Part shown: positions 9,548 through 19,800 of the stretch, piece by piece | Layout of the letters: every line of letters begins with the position of its first letter | How positions within the stretch are numbered: position 1 is the first letter of the stretch | Source: Bacteroidaceae bacterium | Lineage (GTDB): Bacteria; Bacteroidota; Bacteroidia; Bacteroidales; Bacteroidaceae | DNA length: 64,000 nt | Reading direction: 5' to 3' | Assembly (NCBI GenBank): GCA_017429525.1 | Contig: JAFROT010000030.1 | Coordinates: forward strand, 113,776-177,775 | Made by a program: the position numbers and the translations under genes | Notes under the pieces: model-generated | Seen by the model: only the letters and a program-made list of their open reading frames with translations | Told to the model about the DNA's origin: nothing | Databases searched by the model: none

Positions 9548-10561
9548 ATGCTGAATATGCCCCCCGTAACCAAGAATCTCATCATCATTAACTTGTTGAT
9601 GTTTCTTGCTAAGATTGTAGCGGCCCGTTATGGCATCGACTTCGACGACCTGCTAGGACTGCATTTCTTCATGGCGTCTGACTTCCGCCTCTATCAATTC
9701 TTCACCTATATGTTCGTGCACGGCGGATGGGAGCACATCTTCTTCAACATGTTTGCCGTATGGATGTTCGGCCGCATCATGGAACAAGTGATGGGCTCGC
9801 AACGCTTCCTTTTCTATTATATCGTGTGCGGCGCAGGTGCCGGCCTGATGCAGGAGGTGGCTCAATACGGCCAATTCGTCTACGAAGGTCTTGCCGCCTA
9901 TGACAGCGTGAACGTCAGCGGCTTGACGATGCCGATGGAAGCCTATCTGAACAACTGGACGACCGTCGGTGCCTCAGGAGCTGTCTATGGCATTCTACTC
10001 AGCTTCGGAATGACCTTCCCTGAGGAGCGCATGTTCATCATCCCTATCCCCTTCCCCATCAAAGCAAAGTGGTTCGTGATGGGTTACGCTGTCATCGAAC
10101 TCGTCAGCGCCCTCCACAACCCCGGCGACGGCATCGCCCACATGGCACACCTTGGTGGTATGCTCTTCGGCCTGGCCCTGATCCTCTACTGGCGTCGTCG
10201 CAATGGCAGCGGAGGCCGGGGAGGACGTTTCTTCGGAGGCGGTGGTGGCTTCGGCGGCTACGACAATTACTTCACTCGCTACGAGGATGTCACGAACACC
10301 AGCTACAACCAGCGCCAGCCGTTCGCTGCGCGCATTAAGCAGTGGTGGAGCTCGATCGCCGCACGCTTTCGCCGTAAGCCTAAGATGAAGGTGAGCGTGG
10401 GGCACGGCACGAGCAAGCACGACGACGACATGCAATGGCGCCGCCAAAAGCAGGAACGCGAGCAGGAGATAGACCGCATCCTGGCCAAAGTGAAGCAGGG
10501 CGGCTACAGCAGCCTGACCGACGAAGAGAAGCGTAAGCTCTTCGAAGCGAGCGAACGATGA
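9548..10561 (+). CDS. rhomboid family intramembrane serine protease
   Basis: Multi-TM protein with catalytic GASGAVYGIL and AHLGGMLFG. Gly-rich basic C-terminal tail. Confidence 0.85.
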   Translation: MLNMPPVTKNLIIINLLMFLAKIVAARYGIDFDDLLGLHFFMASDFRLYQFFTYMFVHGGWEHIFFNMFAVWMFGRIMEQVMGSQRFLFYYIVCGAGAGLMQEVAQYGQFVYEGLAAYDSVNVSGLTMPMEAYLNNWTTVGASGAVYGILLSFGMTFPEERMFIIPIPFPIKAKWFVMGYAVIELVSALHNPGDGIAHMAHLGGMLFGLALILYWRRRNGSGGRGGRFFGGGGGFGGYDNYFTRYEDVTNTSYNQRQPFAARIKQWWSSIAARFRRKPKMKVSVGHGTSKHDDDMQWRRQKQEREQEIDRILAKVKQGGYSSLTDEEKRKLFEASER

Positions 10562-11658
10562 AAGTCCTTCGCACCATACTGGTCAATCTTTTCGTGGGAG
10601 CCAACATCGCAGTCATTCTGCTGATGTGGCTCACGTGTCTGTCCACCTACCTCAACCCGTCGTCGTGGCCACGGCTGAGCCTGCTGTCATTGACCTTCCC
10701 CGTATTCCTGGCGTCCGACTTGGCCTTCATCGTCTTCTGGCTGATCTTCAAGATTCGGCGCGTCTGGATTCCCATCGTCGGCCTGTTGGCCTGCGGCAGT
10801 TTTGCCCGCGATTACTTTCCGCTCAATCTGCCCTCATCCCCCACGGGCGACTCGCTCAGGGTGCTTACCTTCAACGTCCACGGGTTCGGCGGAGCTGATG
10901 CCATCCTTCCTGATGGCAGGAATGCCATCGTCGAATACATCGAGGCTTCCCAAGCCGACGTGATCTGCCTCCAGGAGTCTCATATGGCCAAGCATCGTGA
11001 TTCCTTAGACCTGAAGTTGCAGGCGCTGGGCTATGAGCACTACCACCACGCTACCGTCAGTTTCTACTCCCGCCTGCACATCCTTTGGGCCGACAGCCTT
11101 GCGCTGCCCAGCCGCACCAACAGCGGCGTGGTCGCCCACCTGCTTTACGAGGGCGACACCATCTTGCTCATCAACAATCATTTCGAGAGCAATCATTTCA
11201 CCCCTACAATGCGCGAAGCCTACGTCGACGCCATCAAGCAATCGACGCTTAACGCGCCCTCTCGTCTCATGGGCGACTCCCTGCGGCGCGAGCTCTCGCC
11301 CATCGTACGCCTCCTCTCCGAGGCTGCCCCCTATCGGGCCGCTCAGGCCGACAGCATCAGCAACATCGTCAGCCGGTGGGCGCCACGTCCCGTGATCCTT
11401 TGCGGCGACTTCAACGAGACGCCCGTCTCCTACCCCCATCGACTCCTCACACGCACACTCACCAGCGCCTTCGTCCAGAGCGGCAACGGACTCGGTATCA
11501 CCTTCCACGCCCGAGGCTTTCCCGTACGCATCGACCACGTCCTGTTCAGTGGCGACGTCTGGCAAAGTCATCACACTGTCATCGACAATACCTTTAAATA
11601 CTCCGACCACCTCCCACTTTCCACCATTCTGACACGGAAAACGCCGAAAAAGAGGTAA
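10558..11658 (+). CDS. endonuclease/exonuclease/phosphatase (EEP) family membrane protein
   Basis: ATGA overlap with the rhomboid gene. N-terminal TM helices, LRVLTFNVHG, ICLQES, GDFNETP, SDHLPL. Confidence 0.8.
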   Translation: MKVLRTILVNLFVGANIAVILLMWLTCLSTYLNPSSWPRLSLLSLTFPVFLASDLAFIVFWLIFKIRRVWIPIVGLLACGSFARDYFPLNLPSSPTGDSLRVLTFNVHGFGGADAILPDGRNAIVEYIEASQADVICLQESHMAKHRDSLDLKLQALGYEHYHHATVSFYSRLHILWADSLALPSRTNSGVVAHLLYEGDTILLINNHFESNHFTPTMREAYVDAIKQSTLNAPSRLMGDSLRRELSPIVRLLSEAAPYRAAQADSISNIVSRWAPRPVILCGDFNETPVSYPHRLLTRTLTSAFVQSGNGLGITFHARGFPVRIDHVLFSGDVWQSHHTVIDNTFKYSDHLPLSTILTRKTPKKR

Positions 11659-11717
11659 AAAGCATCGGAAAAACCAAATATTTGGCCTTTTAGCGTCGCA
11701 CATACACAAAAAAACTG

Positions 11718-11725
11718 TATATTTG
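11718..11725 (+). promoter_or_regulatory. -7 box (TAtaTTTG) for secDF
   Basis: tatatttg, 94 nt upstream of the ATG. Confidence 0.45.
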
Positions 11726-11818
11726 CGCGCTATTTTGTGGCGATTGGTCTTAAAAAGGCCGAAAAGCGGCCACATCACCTCTGAAATTATAACAAACATC
11801 AATAACTAAATTATCAAA

Positions 11819-14800
11819 ATGCAAAACAAAGGATTTGTAAAAGTTTTCGCAATCCTGTTAGCTCTCGTATGCATCTTCTACCTGAGCTTCTCCTTCGTGA
11901 CCAATCATTACGAAGGAAAGGCCGAGAAGATTGCTGCGCTCCAAGGCGAGGTAGCAGGACAGCACTACCTGGACTCACTGGCCAACGAGCCTGTTTATTT
12001 CGGAGTCTGGACTCTCAAAGAATGCCGCGAGATGGGTATCGGCCTCGGCCTCGACCTTAAAGGCGGTATGAACGTCATCCTCGAGGTCAGCGTGCCCGAC
12101 GTCGTCGAAGCTTTGGCCGACCACAAGGAGGATGCCAACTTCAAACAAGCTATTGCTCAGGCTAAGCAAGAGGCCAAGGAGGGTAAGGGCGATTTCATCA
12201 CGCTCTTCGTGAAAGACTACAAGGCCATCGCTCCTAATAGCAACCTGGCCGAACTCTTCGCTACGCAGCAGCTCCGTGGAAAGGTGAACACCAAGAGTCC
12301 CGATCGCGAGGTTGAGCGCGTACTGCGCGAAGAGGTGAAGGCCGCCATCGACAACTCATTCAACGTCATCCGCACCCGTATTGACCGCTTCGGCGTCGTG
12401 CAGCCCAACATCCAGGCCCTCGAGGGTCAGGAAGGCCGCATCATGGTCGAGCTGCCAGGCATCAAGGAGCCGGAGCGCGTTCGTAAGCTCCTCCAGGGCT
12501 CTGCCAACCTTGAGTTCTGGGAGACCTACACGACCGCTGAGGCTGTTCCCTTCCTCGTTCAGCTCGACAGCAAGCTCGCCGCAGATGGTAGCGAAGCCGC
12601 TACCGACACCACCGCCACTGAAGCCGAGGCTAAGGCCGAGACAGAAGTAGCCGAGGCTAAGGCCGACACGGCTGCTGCCAAGAGCTCCGACGAGGCCCTG
12701 GCCAACATCGCCAAGGGTGCCGCTGCCGAGACCGCCGAGGCTAAGGCCGATGCTCAGAGTGCCGCCGCTAACGAGCAGGCTCTCCGCCAGCATCCTCTCC
12801 TGGCTCGTCTGCAGGTGCTCCAGCAGGACAATGGTGCTTGCGTAGGTTATGCCAACAAGCGCGACCTCGACGCCATCAGCGCACTCTTCGAGACCCCCGA
12901 GGCTAAGGCTGTCCTGCCCTCCGACATGAAACTGCTCTGGGGCGTCAAGGGTATCGACAAGAACGACGAGGTCTACGAGCTCTATGCCATCAAGGTTACC
13001 GAGCGCAACGGCCGCGCACCCCTCGAGGGTGATGTCGTCACCGACGCCAAGGACGAGTACGACCAGAACAGCCGCCCCTGCGTCTCCATGCAGATGAACG
13101 TCGAGGGCGCACGCCGCTGGGCAGCCCTCACGAAGGCCAACGTGCATCGTCCCATTGCTATCGTGCTCGACGGCTACGTCTACAGCGCACCTAACGTCCA
13201 GAACGAGATCACCGGCGGCAACAGCCAGATTACAGGTAACTTCACGGCTGAGGATACCCGCGACCTGGCCAACGTGCTCAAGTCCGGTAAGATGCCGGCT
13301 CCCGCCAACATCGTCAGTGAGGAAATCGTAGGTCCTACCCTCGGTCAGGAATCCATCCGCCAGGGCTTCATCTCCGTCATCCTCGCCTTCATCGCCCTGA
13401 TGCTTTACATGATTGCCATGTACGGCTTCCGTCCCGGTATGGTCGCCAACTGCGCCCTGCTGCTCAACCTCTTCTTCACCCTCGGCATCCTGACGAGCTT
13501 CCAGGCAGCCCTGACCATGAGCGGTATCGCCGGTATGGTGCTGACCCTCGGTATGGCCGTCGACGCCAACGTGCTTATCTTCGAACGTACGAAGGAGGAG
13601 ATGCGCGCCGGCAAGGCTGTCCGCCAAGCCTTGAGCGCAGGTTACAGCAACGCCTTCAGCGCCATCATCGACTCCAACGTGACGAGCATCCTGACGGGTA
13701 TCATCCTCTACTACTTCGGTACTGGTCCTATCCGCGGTTTCGCCACCACCTACATCATTGGTATCGTCATCTCGTTCTTCACCGCTGTCTATCTCACGCG
13801 CGTAGTATTCGACACGATGATGTCCAAGGACAAGTGGCTCGACCTCACCTTCACCACTCCGCTGAGCCGCAAGTTCCTCCAGAACACCAACTACAACTTC
13901 ATGGGCTCCTGGAAGCGCTCCTTCGCCATCTTCGGCACCATCGTAGTGCTCTCCATCCTGAGCTGGGCCGTTCGCGGCTTCTCGCGCTCCATCGACTTCA
14001 CCGGCGGTCGCAACTTCGTCGTCCTCTTCGAGAAGGAAGTGTCGCCTGAGAGCATCCGTCCGCTCTTCGCTGAGGCCTTCCCCGAGTCCAACACCAGCGT
14101 CATCGCCCTCGGTACTGAAGGCAAGACCGTCCGCATCAGCACCAACTATCGCATCGACGAGGACGGCATGGAAGTCGACTCCGAGATCGAGCAGAAGCTC
14201 TTCGATGTCCTCAAGGCTGGTGGTCAGCTCAGCTCTGACCTCACTGTTGACAACTTCATCAACCGCGACGAGCGTGCCGGCGGCTCCATCATCAGCTCGC
14301 AGAAGGTAGGACCGTCCATCGCTGAGAACATCACCCGTGGCGCCATCATCTCCGTCATCCTCGCCCTCATCGTCATCTTCATCTACATCCTTGTCCGCTT
14401 CCGCAACGTAGCCTTCTCCGTAGGTGCTATCGTGGCGCTGACCGTCGACACCATCTTCATCCTCGGTATGTACAGCGCATGCTGGGGCTGGATGCCCTTC
14501 TCGCTCGAGATCGACCAGACCTTCATCGGCGCTCTGCTGACCTGTATCGGTTACTCCATCAACGATAAGGTGGTCGTCTTCGACCGTATCCGCGAGAACC
14601 TCGGCCTCTATCCCAAGCGCGACAAGCAGCTGCTCTTCAACCAGTCGCTGAACGCCACCCTGACACGTACCATCAACACGTCAGTCTCCACGTTCATCGT
14701 CCTGCTGTTCATCTTCGCCTTCGGTGGTGCCAGCATCCGCAGCTTCGCCTTCGCCATGATGCTCGGTGTCATCATCGGTACCCTCACTTCAATGTTCATC

Positions 14801-14854
14801 GCTGCTCCCACGGCTTACCTCGTCATGGGTCGTAAGATCAAAGAGGAAGAGTAA
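11819..14854 (+). CDS. secDF: protein translocase subunit SecDF fusion
   Basis: 1011 aa. Two 6-TM blocks (GIAGMVLTLGMAVDANVLIFER; IGYSINDKVVVFDRIRE). Ala/Glu/Lys-rich insertion in the first periplasmic domain. Confidence 0.95.
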   Translation: MQNKGFVKVFAILLALVCIFYLSFSFVTNHYEGKAEKIAALQGEVAGQHYLDSLANEPVYFGVWTLKECREMGIGLGLDLKGGMNVILEVSVPDVVEALADHKEDANFKQAIAQAKQEAKEGKGDFITLFVKDYKAIAPNSNLAELFATQQLRGKVNTKSPDREVERVLREEVKAAIDNSFNVIRTRIDRFGVVQPNIQALEGQEGRIMVELPGIKEPERVRKLLQGSANLEFWETYTTAEAVPFLVQLDSKLAADGSEAATDTTATEAEAKAETEVAEAKADTAAAKSSDEALANIAKGAAAETAEAKADAQSAAANEQALRQHPLLARLQVLQQDNGACVGYANKRDLDAISALFETPEAKAVLPSDMKLLWGVKGIDKNDEVYELYAIKVTERNGRAPLEGDVVTDAKDEYDQNSRPCVSMQMNVEGARRWAALTKANVHRPIAIVLDGYVYSAPNVQNEITGGNSQITGNFTAEDTRDLANVLKSGKMPAPANIVSEEIVGPTLGQESIRQGFISVILAFIALMLYMIAMYGFRPGMVANCALLLNLFFTLGILTSFQAALTMSGIAGMVLTLGMAVDANVLIFERTKEEMRAGKAVRQALSAGYSNAFSAIIDSNVTSILTGIILYYFGTGPIRGFATTYIIGIVISFFTAVYLTRVVFDTMMSKDKWLDLTFTTPLSRKFLQNTNYNFMGSWKRSFAIFGTIVVLSILSWAVRGFSRSIDFTGGRNFVVLFEKEVSPESIRPLFAEAFPESNTSVIALGTEGKTVRISTNYRIDEDGMEVDSEIEQKLFDVLKAGGQLSSDLTVDNFINRDERAGGSIISSQKVGPSIAENITRGAIISVILALIVIFIYILVRFRNVAFSVGAIVALTVDTIFILGMYSACWGWMPFSLEIDQTFIGALLTCIGYSINDKVVVFDRIRENLGLYPKRDKQLLFNQSLNATLTRTINTSVSTFIVLLFIFAFGGASIRSFAFAMMLGVIIGTLTSMFIAAPTAYLVMGRKIKEEE

Positions 14855-14891
14855 AAAGAATAAGACAGTACCATAGGTACAACAGATTTCA

Positions 14892-14932
14892 AGCAGGGGT
14901 GGAGTCCAAAGGGCGACGCCCCTGCTTTCTAT
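14892..14932 (+). terminator. terminator hairpin after secDF
   Basis: agcagggg (14892-14899) pairs with cccctgct (14919-14926), followed by ttctatt. Confidence 0.6.
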
Positions 14933-15014
14933 TAACGAATGATAGAGTGCCGCTGGCACGACGGAATGAGTGAGACTATTCCTTCGTGCTAACGGCACTC
15001 TTTATCTCCAGTAT

Positions 15015-15067
15015 AGATTGACGACGATTGCCATCCAGATTGGCGACGATTGCCATCCAGATTGACG
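15015..15067. repeat. 22-bp tandem repeat, 2.4 copies
   Basis: agattgacgacgattgccatcc / agattggcgacgattgccatcc / agattgacg. Preceded by a 58-nt extended hairpin at 14944-15001 (agagtgccg...cggcactct). Confidence 0.8.
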
Positions 15068-15210
15068 TCTTTATCCTATTCATCTGCTCTGACGATTGGA
15101 TATTCCATCATTGCCCGTCTGAACACCCATCGATGATGAATCATGGAAAGTTCTTACTGATAATTTATAAAAAAAATGACCATATTTATTATGATTTACG
15201 ATATAATCAC

Positions 15211-15218
15211 TAACTTTG
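15211..15218 (+). promoter_or_regulatory. -7 box (TAacTTTG) for the LRR surface protein gene
   Basis: taactttg, 73 nt upstream of the ATG at 15291. Confidence 0.5.
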
Positions 15219-15290
15219 CAGCGGAACTGATACCCTTTCGAGGGCTTTCAGGTGAAAAATCGTATAAATAAACATCAAAACATACCCATT

Positions 15291-18200
15291 ATGAAGACCA
15301 AATGCTTTACTTTCCTACTCGCTCTCCTCTTCACCGCTATGGGGGGAGTCAACGCTGCAGGGACATATACCGTTAGGGTCACTGATGGCTACACCCTCAG
15401 TACGTCAGACTTACAAGCAATCACGGTGCTTGTTACTCAGAACGTCATCTCCCTTACGACTTCGGGCAACCTTAGAATCGTCAAGAACTCCAGTGGCACT
15501 ACGCTATTCAATATTGATTGGGATACGCGGACATGCTATCTGTCTTCCAGCACCTCCAGTGCCAACAACATGTTGAGTTCAATCACTTTAAGCTCAACCC
15601 AGTTGATAAACATAAACGCCCCCTCCATGGTGAACTACACCTCTATCGCCATGACGTTTCCCGACCCAGAGGCTTACGCCGCGCGCCTTAACAACAAGTT
15701 GACGTTCTACTACGACCATCAGAGGTCCGTCCATACCACTACCTACTCGTTGAACACCGGCAGCAACAACCCAGGCTGGTACAGCATAAGCGGGAGCATC
15801 ACTTCGGTGGAGTTCAATCAGACATTTGCCAACGCCCGCCCCACCAGCTGCTACCGTTGGTTCGCTGAAATGACGAGCATCACTAACATCACAGGACTGA
15901 ACTACCTCAACACCAGCAACGTCACCAACATGAGTTACATGTTCGACGGCAGCACTGGCTTCAACAGCCTCGATGTGAGCGCCCTCAACACCGCCAACGT
16001 CACCAACATGGAAGCAATGTTCAGGAACTGCACAGGCCTCTCTGGCCTCTATGTGAGCTCTCTCAACACTGCCAAGGTCACCAACATGAAGGAAATGTTC
16101 AAGAACTGTAGTGGCATTGTTAACCTCGACTTGAGCAGCCTCAATGTTGCCAATGTCACGACGACAACTGGCATACTCCAAGGCTGCAGTGAGCTGAAAA
16201 GCCTGAACCTTAGCGCCGCGTTGTTAAACAAGATCGAGGATGGCGGTTGCTCGGGCATCGGCACCACCACCAGCCCCTGTGCACTCTACTATCCCACAAC
16301 CTCGCACCCGACGTTCAGCGAGGCCACTAACGTCTACGTCAAATGGAAGGGCGGCTACTTCAACAGCGCGAACAGGAGGACCTACGCCTACATGAGCGGC
16401 ACTACCCTCATCTTCTGCTACGACGATTACTACGATTCAAGGAAGGCCTCTTCGACCGTCTACGACCTGAATTACGGTAGCAACAACCCAAGTTGGTACA
16501 GCAACCGCACGAACATCAGTTCGGTGTCGTTCAGTTCCTCGTTTGCCAATGCCCGCCCCCTCACCTGCTACATGTGGTTCTCTGGAATGAGCAACCTGAC
16601 CAGCATCTCGGGGCTGACCAACCTCAACACCAGCAGCGTCACCAACATGTATGGCATGTTTTCCCTTTGCCAACAGCTCACGAGCCTCAACGTGAGCTCG
16701 TTCAACACCAGCAACGTCACCAACATGGAATCCATGTTCGCAGGACTGAGCCAAGTCAAGAGCCTCAACGTGAGCTCGTTCAACACCGCGAAGGTCACCA
16801 ACATGCAAAATATGTTCAAGAACTGCAGCCAAGTTACCAGCCTCAACCTAAGCAACTTCACGATAACCAGCTCGACGAACACCTCAGGCATGCTCAACAA
16901 CATGCTCGGCTTGCAGACACTGACCCTCTCCACCTCCTTGGTGAACTATCTGAACAGCACGGCCTGCACACATATCGGCACTGACATTTACGGCACCCTC
17001 ACCACGCCCTGCACGCTCATCTATCCCGCCAATCTACACCTGACATTCACGGAGGTGGGGCCAAACTACGTGAAGTGGAAGGATGGCTACTTCACCGACC
17101 CCAACATGAAACCCTACGCCTGCCTCAGTGGCAACACCCTCACGTTCTACTACGATGACAATTACACATCGAGACAGGCTACCTCGACGGTCTACGACTT
17201 GACCACCAGCGACAGACCTGGTTGGTACAACAGCCGTCAAAACATCACGTCGGTCGTGTTCAACTCATCGTTTGCCAATGCCCGCCCCACCACCTGCGAG
17301 AGTTGGTTCGAAGGTATGAACAACCTCACCACCATCACGGGGTTGAGCAACCTCAATACGAGCAATGTCACCAACATGGCTGGGATGTTCAACGGTTGCT
17401 CGCGCCTCACCAGCCTCAACCTGAACCTGAGTACCTTCAACACATCCAACGTCACCGATATGGCATCGATGTTCTACGGCTGCTCGAGCCTCACCAGCCT
17501 CAATGTGAGCAACTTCAATACGGCCAAAGTCACCGATATGTACCGCATGTTCTACGGATGCTCGAGTCTCACCACTCTCAATGCGAACAACTTCAATACG
17601 ACCAAGGTCACCGACTTTCAAGAGATGTTCTACGGCTGCTCGGGGCTGAAGAGCCTCGACGTGAGCAGCTTCGTTACCAATGTAGACGCCGATTGGGTGA
17701 GAGGCTTCGTGAGTGGCTGCACGGCGTTGGAGAGCCTGAGCCTTAGTGCATCGCTGACGAGCCGAATCGAGGTCAATGGCTGCACCGACATCGGCACCGC
17801 CACAGCACCCTGCACACTCATTTATCCCACCTCCGTGTGCCTGTCTTACAGCGATGCTACTCCCACCTATTTCAGATGGAAGGGAGGCTACTTCACCAGC
17901 CCCAATGTGAAGCCCTACGCCTGTCTGCGCGGGAACATCCTCACCTTCCACTACGACGACCAATACGTGACAAGTCAAGCCTCCTCGACGGTCTACGACT
18001 TGAACACTGGATTAGACGACCCAACCTGGATTAGCAGCGCTGAGAGTATCACAGAAGTGGAGTTCGCCGCTTCGTTCCGCAATGCCCGCCCCACCAGTTG
18101 CCGAGCATGGTTCGCTATGATGAGCAACCTCACCTCTATTACGGGACTGAACTACCTCAACACCAGCGAAGTCACCAATATGGCATACATGTTTATGAAC

Positions 18201-19616
18201 TGCAGCCACTTCGACGACTTGGATTTGAGCCAACTCAATACCTCCAAAGTCACTACCATGGAAGGTATGTTTTTCGGTTGTACCCCACTCATCAATCTGA
18301 ACATCAGCTCATTCAATACCGAGAATGTCACCAATATGTCGTACATGTTCTACACCTGCCGCGGGCTGGAGGACCTTGACTTGAGTAACTTCAATGCTGA
18401 ACATGTCACCAACACGGAAAGAATGTTCTTTTACTGCTCTGGGCTGGAGAGCCTCAGCTTGAGTGCAGCGCTCGCGACCAATATGAATAATAATGCCTGC
18501 GAAGGCGTAGGCACGGCCGAGTCGCCTTGCGTGCTCAACTATCCTTCTGATGTGGAACTGACATTCACGGAGGTGACGCCAAACTACGTGAAGTGGAAGA
18601 TTGGTTACTTCCTCCCCAACGCGAGTTTGGTGAAAGCCTATGCCGTGTTCTATGGCAATACGCTTACCTTCTACTATGATGACGCATCCTCTTCAAAGAG
18701 CGGCACAGTCTACAAGTTGAACACGGCCGAAAACGACCCGGCCTGGATTCCTAACGCTGAGAGTATCACAGAAGTGGTGTTCGACGCTTCGTTCAGCGAT
18801 GCCCGCCCCACCAGTTGCTACGCATGGTTCGCTAGGATGAAAAACCTCACCTCTATTACGGGACTAAACTACCTCAACACCAGCGAAGTCACCACCATGG
18901 CAAACATGTTTATGAACTGCAGTGGCTTCACCAACTTGGATTTGAGCCAACTCAACACGACCAACGTCACCAATATGTCGCAAATGTTCTACCGCTGTAC
19001 GAACCTTACCAACCTCGATGTGAGCCACTTCAACACCGCTAATGTCGAGAGCATGTATGCGATGTTCTTCCAATGCCTCAGCCTTACCAGCCTCGACGTG
19101 AGCAATTTCAACACAGCCAACGTCCGTTCTATGTCTGCCATGTTCAACTCCTGTAGTAGCCTTACAAGCCTCAATGTAAGCAACTTCCAAACCGACAACA
19201 TCACGGATACTATGGACACGGAAGGGATGTTCTACAACTGCTCTGGGATGAAGAGCTTAAGTTTAAGTGCCGCGCTCATAGACGTCATACATCCAGATGC
19301 CTGCTCAAGCGTGGGCACGACGGAGTCGCCCTGCGTGCTCATCTATCCCGAAGGCTGCTCGATTGAAAAAGATGAGATAGGAGACGGTTGGTTCCGCTGG
19401 AGTAACGGATACTTCACCGAGGCGCCCGCTTACCTAATGGGTGATGTGAACAGCGACGACAAGGTGACCATTGCCGACGTGACGGCACTCGTCAACATCA
19501 TCCTCGGCAAAGACTCCGCCGGACTCTACAACCGCGACGCAGCCGACGTGAACGGCGACCATCAAGTCACGATTGCCGATGTGACGGCGCTGGTAAACTT
19601 GATTCTCGGGAAATAA
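15291..19616 (+). CDS. BspA-type leucine-rich repeat surface protein with C-terminal dockerin-like pair
   Basis: Signal peptide MKTKCFTFLLALLFTAMGGVNA. Five ~240-270-aa modules, each with TLTFYYDD...SFANARPTSC..WF followed by NTSNVTNMxxMFxxCSxLxSL repeats. C-terminus GDVNSDDKVTIADVTALVNIILGK...ADVNGDHQVTIADVTALVNLILGK. The listed ORF starts at a GTG at 15252. Confidence 0.85.
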   Translation: MKTKCFTFLLALLFTAMGGVNAAGTYTVRVTDGYTLSTSDLQAITVLVTQNVISLTTSGNLRIVKNSSGTTLFNIDWDTRTCYLSSSTSSANNMLSSITLSSTQLININAPSMVNYTSIAMTFPDPEAYAARLNNKLTFYYDHQRSVHTTTYSLNTGSNNPGWYSISGSITSVEFNQTFANARPTSCYRWFAEMTSITNITGLNYLNTSNVTNMSYMFDGSTGFNSLDVSALNTANVTNMEAMFRNCTGLSGLYVSSLNTAKVTNMKEMFKNCSGIVNLDLSSLNVANVTTTTGILQGCSELKSLNLSAALLNKIEDGGCSGIGTTTSPCALYYPTTSHPTFSEATNVYVKWKGGYFNSANRRTYAYMSGTTLIFCYDDYYDSRKASSTVYDLNYGSNNPSWYSNRTNISSVSFSSSFANARPLTCYMWFSGMSNLTSISGLTNLNTSSVTNMYGMFSLCQQLTSLNVSSFNTSNVTNMESMFAGLSQVKSLNVSSFNTAKVTNMQNMFKNCSQVTSLNLSNFTITSSTNTSGMLNNMLGLQTLTLSTSLVNYLNSTACTHIGTDIYGTLTTPCTLIYPANLHLTFTEVGPNYVKWKDGYFTDPNMKPYACLSGNTLTFYYDDNYTSRQATSTVYDLTTSDRPGWYNSRQNITSVVFNSSFANARPTTCESWFEGMNNLTTITGLSNLNTSNVTNMAGMFNGCSRLTSLNLNLSTFNTSNVTDMASMFYGCSSLTSLNVSNFNTAKVTDMYRMFYGCSSLTTLNANNFNTTKVTDFQEMFYGCSGLKSLDVSSFVTNVDADWVRGFVSGCTALESLSLSASLTSRIEVNGCTDIGTATAPCTLIYPTSVCLSYSDATPTYFRWKGGYFTSPNVKPYACLRGNILTFHYDDQYVTSQASSTVYDLNTGLDDPTWISSAESITEVEFAASFRNARPTSCRAWFAMMSNLTSITGLNYLNTSEVTNMAYMFMNCSHFDDLDLSQLNTSKVTTMEGMFFGCTPLINLNISSFNTENVTNMSYMFYTCRGLEDLDLSNFNAEHVTNTERMFFYCSGLESLSLSAALATNMNNNACEGVGTAESPCVLNYPSDVELTFTEVTPNYVKWKIGYFLPNASLVKAYAVFYGNTLTFYYDDASSSKSGTVYKLNTAENDPAWIPNAESITEVVFDASFSDARPTSCYAWFARMKNLTSITGLNYLNTSEVTTMANMFMNCSGFTNLDLSQLNTTNVTNMSQMFYRCTNLTNLDVSHFNTANVESMYAMFFQCLSLTSLDVSNFNTANVRSMSAMFNSCSSLTSLNVSNFQTDNITDTMDTEGMFYNCSGMKSLSLSAALIDVIHPDACSSVGTTESPCVLIYPEGCSIEKDEIGDGWFRWSNGYFTEAPAYLMGDVNSDDKVTIADVTALVNIILGKDSAGLYNRDAADVNGDHQVTIADVTALVNLILGK

Positions 19617-19800
19617 AGACCCAACCCCCAGCAGACCCTCTCCCCAACCTGCCCTCACGTCAGGAAGGAGAAAAGCCTCCCCCCCTAACCCCCTCCCCTG
19701 TTAGGGAGGGGGAAAGCCTACGGCAGTGAGAGAGAGGGGATAAAATGACTATGAAGCCCCCAGGACTGCGCTGAGTCTTGGGGGCTTAAAAAAAATAATA

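Noticed and set aside
12570-12790. Ala/Glu/Lys/Thr-rich insertion in SecDF as a separate feature
   Set aside because: It is in frame inside a conserved gene and looks like a low-complexity periplasmic linker, with no evidence for an independent function.
12356-13627. 423-aa minus-strand ORF
   Set aside because: Antisense to secDF. Gly/Val/Asp/Leu-rich shadow translation.
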